Shown here piece by piece: positions 54,346-64,000 of a stretch of 64,000 bases of DNA. The translations under genes were made by a program, and so were the position numbers. A model generated the notes under the pieces. That model was given only the letters and a program-made list of their open reading frames with translations. It was not told where the DNA came from and searched no databases. Positions within the stretch are counted from its first letter, which is position 1. Each line of letters opens with the position of its first letter. This DNA comes from Macrostomum lignano (Eukaryota): assembly GCA_002269645.1 (NCBI GenBank), contig NIVC01001304.1, positions 124,001 through 188,000 of the forward strand. The letters are read 5' to 3'.

Positions 54346-54769
54346 CAGAAGGGGGGCTTTTCAAAATCCCAGCTGCTGCAAACTGTTTCCAGATTCGGCG
54401 GGTTCATCTCGGACATTTTATTCTGTAAGATCTTCTGCTCTCATCGCTGTTTGCGATCTGAGCCAGGCAGCGGAAGCCACCGCTATGTCACGATTCTGCT
54501 GGCAAAACAGTTCAAAGGTCAAGCTGGGCGGCGGAGCGGAAAGACCGCAGTCACATGTTTTGGGCGCTGCGTCAATGCAACCCTCCCCGGCCTGAGGGTC
54601 CGGAAATCTGACCTGTGCGCTGCAGCATCACCGACACTTGCATGGAGTGTTAAACAGCACTGGGCAGCAGTGGGTGCATCTTATCGAACAGAATAAGCGC
54701 TCTGAACACAAGAAGTGAAATGGTTTAAAAATGGCCTTTGCCATGCGCTCCTCCTCTTAGTAAGTTCAT

Positions 54770-55113
54770 GATTGAGTGATTGATTGATTGATTGCTTTAT
54801 TGCTTGATTGATTGATTGATTGTTTGATTTGATTAATTGATTCTCTGATTGATTAATTGATTGATTGATTGTGTAAATAAGTGAGTGAGTGAGTGAGTGA
54901 GTGAGTGAGTGAGTGAGTGAGTGAGTGAGTGAGTGAGTGAGTGAGTGAGTGAGTGAGTGAGTGAGTGAGTGAGTGAGTGAGTGAGTGAGTGAGTGAGTGA
55001 GTGAGTGAGTGAGTGAGTGAGTGAGTGAGTGAGTGAGTGAGTGAGTGAGTGAGTGAGTGAGTGAGTGAGTGAGTGAGTGAGTGAGTGAGTGAGTGAGTGA
55101 GTGAGTGAGTGAG
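54770..55113. repeat. (TGAT)n followed by (GAGT)n microsatellites
   Basis: Direct reading. Confidence 0.95.
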
Positions 55114-55782
55114 TAATGATATAAACAGTAGTATCGAGTATTGTATAGAGTACTATATAATAATAGAATCTTCTCAGTAAGACAGAACCCATGCAGCGCC
55201 CGTGTGGTTGTAAAACAGCAAGAATTAAAATTGCAGAAGAATGTCTGCCACACTCTGCACGGGACCACCCAAACACTGGGGGGAAGGCGGACTGACTGGA
55301 GAGGCTGCTTGACAACGGAGCTCTGCAGGGAGCAGAGACAATGCAGCCCCAGCTGTAGTGAGAGTGGCTGCGGCCGGCAGTAGCTCAGTCTGTGCGGCTC
55401 ACGGAGGGGAAGAGAGGAGGGGTAGGGAAAAATCAATCCAGTTGGCTTGGATGCCGACTCTGCCGGGCTGGGAGGCGGCAGGCGTGACTCAGAAGGAGAG
55501 CCGGGGAGAGAAGGCAGGGGTTCCAGGCTAGGGGAGGGGGGCAGGAGAGAGCGGTAGGGCTGAAGAGCTGCTGAGCAGACCCTGGCTGTACAGCGCCTCG
55601 GAGCTGAGGATGCAGTGGAGCTGGGCAGACGCCAGAGCCGGGGTTGGGGTGCATGACATGTGACCTGGCAGTACATTTAAAGAAGGCCTGGACTGCCGGG
55701 CAGCTGCAGCCCTCAGCTCAACTCACAGGCGTTCAGCATAGCAAATCCGGCAGCTCAGACCTGTTGCAGACTTTCCACAGAA

Positions 55783-56227
55783 ATGTCCGACGAGCAGCAG
55801 CAGCACAGCGGCGGCGTCGCCTTCGAGGTCTCGGTGGACGATGAGAACATCTCGCCCCGCAGCGGGAAGCCGCACCACCTGGAGGAGCGGCTGGAGGACC
55901 GGAACCTCAGCCCGGAGGAGATCGAGAAGCGGCTGCAGGAGGCCGAGGAGCGCAGAAAGGTGACACGGCAGTGGGGAGTTCGATTCCGAATTTGAGTCAA
56001 CTACGAGATTCCAGTTTTCGCACTTGGAAGAATCAAACGAGCCTACTCACATCAGTAGATACCTCAGAGCATTTTCATGCCATGACACCCATAAAAACGC
56101 TTTTCAGAAAATGGAGGAGGACATGCTGAAGCGAGTCAGCGAGCACAACGACAAAGTCGAGAAAGTGTCCAAGGATGTCGAGGAAAGAAAGAAGCGGGCG
56201 AGCGAGAGCGACCCACCGGCTGAATAG
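55783..56227 (+). CDS. Stathmin-like protein (~98 aa). Exons 55783-55959 and 56108-56227
   Basis: GVAFEV..., ISP and LSPEEIEKRLQEAEERRK resemble stathmin AFELIL and SLEEIQKKLEAAEERRK; AAG|GTGAC...TTTTCAG|AAA. Confidence 0.72.
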
Positions 56228-56984
56228 AGCAGCTTGATTATTTTGCCAGCCGACCTCTACTAGAAGTAGTTTAAGCGGACTAGCGCTGATTTTTGCTGAT
56301 GATTTTAAATGCTGTTCTGCAGTCCCTCCACAATGATTTGAGGTTTTTTTACACAAAATAGCTGGTCATTGGCGGTTAGTTTGTGTGTGCAGAGGCAGAT
56401 TCCTGAGAATTTGGCACATTGAAACTTAGCGAACGGAAATCCGCGCATACAAAGAACCGACACTGACCAGCGGGAACCCGGCATGAAAGCTTTTCCTGCT
56501 CTCATAAATATTACAATTTAAAATATCGCTTCTGCAGGATATTCGCAAACTTTTATAATCGCAAAATATTAACAGTCTTCTCTTTCTCTGAGCTTCGCCT
56601 TTTCTAAGAAAGTTTATGGTAATTCCAGTTCCACGTGGCAATTTGACTTTTAAAAAACCTCTGTCTACTTAAACCACCGCAAAGTGGAATTAAGTTAGAT
56701 CGCAAATCGCCGCCTCCGATGAAAACGACTGAACCGCTTATAGGATGCCAAACATCACGTTAGTAGTATGTACTGCGCATGAAAAAAAATTCCATTGGTC
56801 ATTTTATTCTAAACTCTACGTTTTTTTGACAGACTCTCTAGCAAAAGTAACTTTTTTCCTAACTGCACGCCACAAAAAGTTTTTAAGAAAAAATAAACCC
56901 TGCTTCATCCTGCATTGCTTCTCACACCGTTCAAACATTGCGCTTGGGCTCAAATTTGAAAAAAAATAGGCAAATATTGTTGAT

Positions 56985-57345
56985 AAAGTAGACGCTCGTA
57001 GTAAACAGAGTAGACAAAGTATACAAAGTAAACACTCGTAGTAGACAGAGTAGACAGAGTAGACACTTGTAGTAAACAAAGTAGACACAGTAGGCACTCG
57101 TAGTAAAATGAAGTAGACACAGTAGACACTCGTAGTAAAATGAAGTAGACAAAGTAGACACTCGTAGTAAAATGAAGTAGACAAAGTAGACACTCGTAGT
57201 AAAATGAAGTAGACAAAGTAGACACTCGTAGAAGACAGAGTAGACAAAGTAGACAAAGTAGACACTCGTAGAAGACTGAGTAGACAAAGTAGACAAAGTA
57301 GACACTTGTAGTAAACGGAGAAGACAAAGACAAAGTAGACACAGC
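56985..57345. repeat. Degenerate GTAGACAAA/GTAGACACTC repeat
   Basis: Direct reading. Confidence 0.85.
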
Positions 57346-57820
57346 AGAAAAAAGCAAAGTGACATAGTAAAATCAGAAGGCAAAGTTAGCTCGTAAATAC
57401 TTGTTAAGTGTTCCACTTTCTGCTACAAGAGAAATGCGGACAATTCCTGCAACCACGTGACCGACTTTCTGTTTTTCCTATGGTCAATAGATTCAACTGC
57501 AAATTGCCGTGCTGTTATCTAATCAGCCGCCGGTTCTGCAGGCTCATGGCGGCTGATTTCCGGTGGCCTGGTTGGTCGCAGCTCGCAGGAGAGACAAAAA
57601 TAATCCAGCACGAGCGGCATGAACACGTGAAATGCCTGAGAGATAACAACAGGCAGGCTTTACACTGAGGGTGCAAGTTTGCTGCTCAACGGTGGGCCCA
57701 GTATAAATTTGGGCTGCTCAAGCTTGGGAACCTGCGGCCGCGTTGTGGATCTGCAAATCGAAAACAAAAATACGCCCGCAGACTGAAGCAGCACATTCCC
57801 GTTTAACGATTGAACTCAAA

Positions 57821-60800
57821 ATGGCTTTGCAAAAGCAGCGGCCATGGAGGCTGAGCAGTGTTCTGCTGCTGCTGCTGCTGCTGGCAGCCGCATCTGCAGC
57901 CGAGATGTGGAACTTCAACGACCCCCAGGGCGGGCAGGAAGATTCGGACATCGGACTGGCTGGCGGTGTGGACTTCGGGGGCCTTGATGACGTCACGGAT
58001 TTCAGCTTCGACCAGACCGACGAATCCAGCTTCACTGAGCAAACTGAGTTCAGCGAGCAGGGCATCGGATCGGGCTTTGAAGATGATGGATTTGGCTTTG
58101 AAGATGATGGATTTGGCTTTGAAGATGATGGATTTGGCTTTGAAGATGATGGATTTGGCTTTGAAGATGATGGATTTGGCTTTGAAAATGAATTTGGCTA
58201 TGAGAATGATGAATTTGGCATTGAAGAGGGAAACTACGGATATGAAGATGATGGAGTTGGCTTTGAAGACGGAGGCTACGGCTATGGTGATGGAGGTTAC
58301 GGCTACGGCTACGAAGATGGCGGCTACGGCTACGAAGACGGTGGCTACGGCTACGAAGATGGCGGTTACGGCTACGAAGATGGCGGTTACGGCTACGAAG
58401 ATGGCGGTTACGGCTACGAAGATGGTGGTTATGGCTACGAAGACGGTGGCTACGGCTACGAAGATGGCGGTTACGGCTACGATGATGGTGGCTACGGCTA
58501 CGAAGACAGTGGCTACGGCTACGAAGATGGCGGTTACGGCTACGAAGATGGCGGTTACGGCTACGAAGACGGTGGTTATGGCTACGAAGACGGTGGCTAC
58601 GGCTACGAAGATGGCGGTTACGGCTACGAAGATGGTGGCTACGGCTACGAAGACGGTGGCTACGGCTACGAAGACAGTGGCTACGGCTACGAAGATGGCG
58701 GTTACGGCTACGAAGATGGTGGCTACGGCTACGAAGACGGTGGTTACGGCTACGAAGACGGTGGCTACGGCTACGAAGACGGCGGTTACGGTAGACGCTA
58801 CCGTGGCGGTCGACGTGGACGCGGAGGGCGGCGTGCTGGAATGCCAGTTCAAGTCCGATCGGCGGGATCTGACTCAGGTGGGGGATCTGAGTCAGGTGGG
58901 GGATCTGACTCCGGTGGGGGGTCTGACTCAGGTGGGGGGTCTGACTCAGGTGGGGGGTCTGACTCAGGTGGGGGGTCTGACTCAGGTGGGGGGTCTGACT
59001 CAGGTGGGGGTCTGACTCAGGTGGGGGGTCTGACTCAGGTGGGGGGTCTGAGTCAGGTGGGGGGTCTGAGTCAGGTGGGGGGTCTGAGTCAGGTGGGGGG
59101 TCTGACTCAGGTGCGGGATGGAGTGCTGAAGGTCCAGACTAGGATGTATCTGCATTGCTCCACGTCAAACGCCAGGATCTGTGAAACCGAGGATTAATAT
59201 AAATTCACCCCTGCAGGCATGGCAGAAATCGAGTTCGAGGACGGCAGCGTATCGGCCGACGAAATTCCGGCGGGATATTTCGGCCAGGAGGAGCAGAACG
59301 CGCGCCCGATGCCGGGAAACCAGCCGCAAGCCAGGGTGGTCACCGGCGGCATCGACATGCCGGGGTTCCGGCTCATCATCGGTGAGTCTCATCGCAGGCG
59401 TTGTGGGCCAGCAAGTTGGTTCGCCATGCAGCTTCAGGGGGGCTTTCGGGCACCAAGCACATTTTACCCTGTTAATTAGACTAAATGCATCTTGTGCAGA
59501 TCTCAAGATTTGCTAAAGTGTTTAACAAACCTTTAATGCATTCAAATTTTCAGGTGACGCACTTCAATGGTGGAAGCATGAGTAAGTGAAAAGAGGCTGC
59601 AGTTCTGTGAGTCCTTGGTGCAGAACCAGTTTCCAGTTATCTCAGCCAGTCAGCAGCTTCATCCGGCCTTCAATTCCAGCATCAACGTCTGTCTGCACAA
59701 GGAGAATCTTCGGCCAAGGGAGTTCGAAGACGCGGACAGTCACCTGACCATGTACAGCCTGCGCTGCGGGCGGAACTCGGTCAGTGAGTACAGCTGCTTG
59801 GTCAAGTAAGTTGTGAGCACCAGCTGCATCGCAGCAACACTCCCCCACTTTGTTGGTGCGCGCACCTGCTGACGCAGCAACTGTCGTTCCCGTAACTTTC
59901 CCGCAGTCAGTGGAACGGCACGGATGCCACATCGCAGAGGCTGACCTACACCTGCTGCTCCGGCTTCACCAGGCTGGCTGGAGATCGCGGCTGCCCGAGA
60001 AGTGAGTAGAGCTGAGCACTGGAGCACAACTGGATTGGCCTCGTGAAATGTGAAATATGAGTTAAAAATTTCACCTACTTTCCTGGCTAACGCAGGGGTT
60101 TTCGATAGCTCGACCAGCAACCGGACCTTTGCTGCACTGCTCCAAGACCGCGGCTACAGTCAGAGGGCCATCGAGCTGTTCAGCGCCGTGTTGAACAGCA
60201 GCAACACCAGGAGGCAGCTGACCGTGTTCGTGCCAGCTAAGGAGGCCCTTGAGACGGCGATCAGCAGCTTTGAAGAAGTCACGGTGAGCAAGTTTAAATT
60301 CGAGTAGTCACCGAAAATGTCTTCAGTGACTGTCGGAAGGAGCAGTCGGTAGCCAGTCCTAGAGGATCATGGGATGGAGCAGTCGGTAGCCAGTCCTAGA
60401 GGATCATGGGAGGGAGCAGTCGGTAGCCAGTCCTAGAGGATCATGGGAGGGAGCAGTCGGTAGCCAGTCCTAGAGGATCATGGGAGGGAGCAGTCGGTAG
60501 CCAGTCCTAGAGGATCATGGGAGGGAGCAGTCGGTAGCCAGTCCTAGAGGATCATGGGAGGGAACAGTCGGTAGCCAGTCTTAGAGGATCATGGGATGGA
60601 GCAGTCGGTAGCCAGTCCTAGAGGATCATGGGAGGGAGCAGTCGGTAGCCAGTCCTAGAGGATCATGGGATGGAGCAGTCGGTAGCCAGTCCTAGAGGAT
60701 CATGGGAGGGAGCAGTCGGTAGCCAGTCCTAGAGGATCATGGGAGGGAGCAGTCGGTAGCCAGTCCTAGAGGATCATGGGAGGGAACAGTCGGTAGCCAG

Positions 60801-63015
60801 TCTTAGAGGATCATGGGATGGAGCAGTCGGTAGCCAGTCCTAGAGGATCACGGAGGACCAATCTCTCTAAGGCGCAATGAACAATTAAACTAAACATTTG
60901 CATGAAACCAACAGACGCGCTGGCGGTGACTGCTTAGACTCAGTACAAATTTGATCTGCTTTAGACGATTGGAACAAAAAGTGTAGTTGCTACGGTGTTC
61001 GCCACTTTCCACTTTCCAGAGGACTGAGGAAGCCGGCACGCTTGTGCGCAAGGTGCTGGTCCACTTCGCCAAGCCGGCGCTCAGCACGCAGTCGCTGCGC
61101 AACGGCCAGTTGCTGGCCACCCTGGCCAAGCCCAGCTCGCTGCTTGTCAGCAAGACCAGGCGGGGCAGCGTGCTGGTCAACTGCCAGCCGCTGGTGCAGC
61201 CGAACCAGGCCTTCAACCGGTACTCTCTGGCGCACTTCACCACCGGCGTGTTGAAGGTTAACAAGCTCAACCTGTACCAGCTGATGCTGCGGCAGCTGGA
61301 GAATGTCACCACGCCCGACACTGCCAAGCGGCGTGAGTTGATAACTAATTTGGGCGCATGCAGGAATTTCCAATCACAATCTTAACCTCTGAACACTTCG
61401 TCTTTGCAGTCCTGGCGCCGCTGAAGTCCACGCTGACTGGCAGCAGACCCATGACTGTGTTCATGCACCTGCCAGCGACGGACGAGATTGACAACGGCTG
61501 CTACGCCAGTAAGTTGCGCTTCTATGCAAGATGGCTAACGCTTCTTGCTGGGTGCTGTAAAACAGATTTTTAAAATTCCCGCGAATTTCGACCTGCTGCA
61601 TGTTTCAAGAACTGCTTTTAGTCTAAAGAATCCAGCAACTTCATGTTGGATGCTGCATGTTTCAAGAACTGCTTTTAGTCTTAAGAATCCAGCAACTTCA
61701 TGTTGGATGCTGCATGTTTCAAGAACTGCTTTTAGCCATAGTCTAAAGAATCCAGCAACTTCATGTTGGATGCTGCATGTAGGGCAAAGAAGAGTACAAA
61801 AGGATCTTTGCTACCCTGATTGGCGAAAAATGTAGAAACATCGAGCGTTCCGTGTTTCTTTATAGCAATATTATTTGTAAAATACTTGGTACTAAAACTG
61901 TAAGCAAAACCCACTGTAGCTGTGCTCAGCTGCAGATGAGCTCAGTCAATGATGCGGTTTTGAGTCAGGCCCTAAGCACAAACAGCCGCATTTGCAGGGA
62001 ACCTGCGAGCCGCCATCGTCCGCGGAGTGGAGTGCAACGCCAGCATGGCCTCTGTCAGCGCCCTGCGGACAATCGAGGGCAAGCTGGTGCGGGTGCAGCT
62101 CCAGCGGAGCTCCGACGGCAGCGCCAGCCTCCTGATCGATGGAAATCGTTTGGTTGAAGACGCCGACCAGCTGGCGTCCAACGGAGTGCTGCATCTGGTG
62201 CGGACCACCGAGTCCCTGACTGGCTTTGGTGAGTGCGTGTTCACCAGTTAGGAAGCCGTGGCTTGACTGACAGTTGTACCGGCTGCAGGACAGTTCATGC
62301 ATTCATGAGTTTTACTCTAGGTACACGGGTACAAGTGGGGTGGATAGGCTGTTCATGACCAAACGATAGAAATTGAGACGAAAACTGACCATGGCTACGA
62401 TTTCTTACTACGCTGGTGCAACCAACCGAAGGGAATCGGACGAACTGCCTTGCACTTCAGCCAAAACGACAAAACGATCCAGGTGACGAAATTCTTCGAA
62501 CGAATTTTCTGAATACCCGTTGGAATTGCTTGCTTGGTCTCTGACTACTCGAGACCTTGTTAATGACTATACCTCGACCTTTAACCCTTGCTGAGATGCC
62601 ACCGCGATTCCCGATCGCCCGCAGCCAACGAGGCCACGAGAAGGCTGAAGGCCGCCGCAGAGTTCCGGCCGCTGTTCGCCCGGCCGAACCGAACCGAGGC
62701 CGACTTGGTGCTGCTGCTGCCGCCGATCAACGGCAGCTACTCCTATGAGAACACCTCGGCCAGGTGGGCCAACGCCACTGAACTGGCGGGCTTTGGCCGA
62801 CGGCATCTGCTAACCAACGCCACCTGCCTGCGAGGTGCGAGCAGCCGCCTCACCATGCTGGACGGCGCGCGGCGGGACTTCGTCCAGATGCTTCAGCGCA
62901 CCGGGGCGTCTATTTTTTCGCCTGGGCGCCTCGTAAGGCGTCGGTTTGTTGACTGCGTGCAGGTGACCCGGATCGCCAAGGACTGCGGAGGCACCGTCTA
63001 CTTTCTCTTGAGAGG
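57821..63015 (+). CDS. Secreted fasciclin (FAS1)-domain protein with N-terminal FEDDGFG and GYGYEDG repeats; multi-exon, probably continuing beyond the window
   Basis: Signal peptide; exons near 59217, 59553, 59647, 60095, 61020, 61410, 61998 and 62590. FAS1 H1-like LTVFVPAKEA and H2-like DQLASNGVLHLV. Joining the repeat exon to the FAS1 exons is inferred from phase-1 junctions. Confidence 0.75.
58867..59113. repeat. 18-bp minisatellite (~14 copies), probably intronic
   Basis: Unit tctga(c/g)tcaggtgggggg. Confidence 0.92.
60339..60850. repeat. 37-bp intronic minisatellite (~14 copies)
   Basis: Unit gagcagtcggtagccagtcctagaggatcatggga(t/g)g. Confidence 0.94.
61605..61780. repeat. ~60-bp tandem triplication in an intron
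   Basis: ctgcatgtttcaagaactgcttttagtctaaagaatccagcaacttcatgttggatg repeated. Confidence 0.88.
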
Positions 63016-63227
63016 GGTGAGCTGGGGGGCTTCCACAACTTCATGCCTTTTCAATAATGCAATTCTAGCAGTCAGGACAGCCGGTCAGCTCACAGAATTC
63101 ACAGAAGACAGAATTCTTTGGTTAAAACCGCAGTGATTTCCCAAATTAGAAAAGTTCGGAGTCAGCATACTTCAGCCTCGAAGGAGAGATGCAGCAACTC
63201 AGCACTGAAGTCTTATTTTTCTTTGAA

Positions 63228-64000
63228 ATTGGTTACAGTGCAGTTGGTTACAGTGCAGTTGGTTACAGTGCAGTTGGTTACAGTGCAGTTGGTTACAGTG
63301 CAGTTGGTTACAGTGCAGTTGGTTACAGTGCAGTTGGTTACAGTGCAGTTGGTTACAGTGCAGTTGGTTACAGTGCAGTTGGTTACAGTGCAGTTGGTTA
63401 CAGTGCAGTTGGTTACAGTGCAGTTGTTTACAGTGCAGTTGGTTACAGTGCAGTTGGTTACAGTGCAGTTGGTTACAGTGCAGTTGGTTACAGTGCAGTT
63501 GGTTACAGTGCAGTTGGTTACAGTGCAGTTGGTTACAGTGCAGTTGGTTACAGTGCAGTTGGTTACAGTGCAGTTGGTTACAGTGCAGTTGGTTACAGTG
63601 CAGTTGGTTACAGTGCAGTTGGTTACAGTGCAGTTGGTTACAGTGCAGTTGGTTACAGTGCAGTTGGTTACAGTGCAGTTGGTTACAGTGCAGTTGGTTA
63701 CAGTGCAGTTGGTTACAGTGCAGTTGGTTACAGTGCAGTTGGTTACAGTGCAGTTGGTTACAGTGCAGTTGGTTACAGTGCAGTTGGTTACAGTGCAGTT
63801 GGTTACAGTGCAGTTGGTTACAGTGCAGTTGGTTACAGTGCAGTTGGTTACAGTGCAGTTGGTTACAGTGCAGTTGGTTACAGTGCAGTTGGTTACAGTG
63901 CAGTTGGTTACAGTGCAGTTGGTTACAGTGCAGTTGGTTACAGTGTAGTTGGTTACAGTGTAGTTGGTTACAGTGCAGTTGGTTACAGTGCAGTTGGTTA
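63228..64000. repeat. 15-bp minisatellite running off the window end
   Basis: Unit ttggttacagtgcag, >50 copies. Confidence 0.97.

Noticed and set aside
63118-63948. 276-aa (LVTVQ)n ORF as a FAS1 gene exon
   Set aside because: Nearly invariant 15-bp units with no synonymous variation, following a GTGAG donor near 63016; intronic satellite.

Overview
Eukaryotic (animal) genomic DNA. GC-rich spliced genes are separated, and often interrupted, by many unrelated mini- and microsatellites. This style and the TTAGGG tracts suggest a free-living flatworm such as Macrostomum (inference only). Host genes: F-box/WD40 protein, peptide GPCR, DUF2431/BMT5-like methyltransferase, ketohexokinase, CDKL kinase, LicD-family transferase, Stum-family membrane protein, Ly6/uPAR-like GPI protein, stathmin-like protein, and a fasciclin (FAS1) protein with Gly/Tyr/acidic repeats. 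The main feature is a 16,053-bp Polinton/Maverick (adintovirus-type endogenous virus) at 36589-52641, with 1,124-bp near-identical terminal inverted repeats, 5'-AG ends and a perfect 6-bp target-site duplication (ATGATT). It encodes pPolB, integrase, packaging ATPase, adenain-like protease, major and minor capsid proteins, a parvovirus-type PLA2, a spliced RING protein, candidate membrane-lytic core proteins and a small ORF duplicated in both TIRs. Its polymerase and PLA2 genes each need a +1 frameshift at a slippery run next to a stop codon. This could be programmed recoding, mutation or assembly error, and a host gene in the window also shows a homopolymer indel. All coordinates, alignments and family calls were made by eye; no searches were run.
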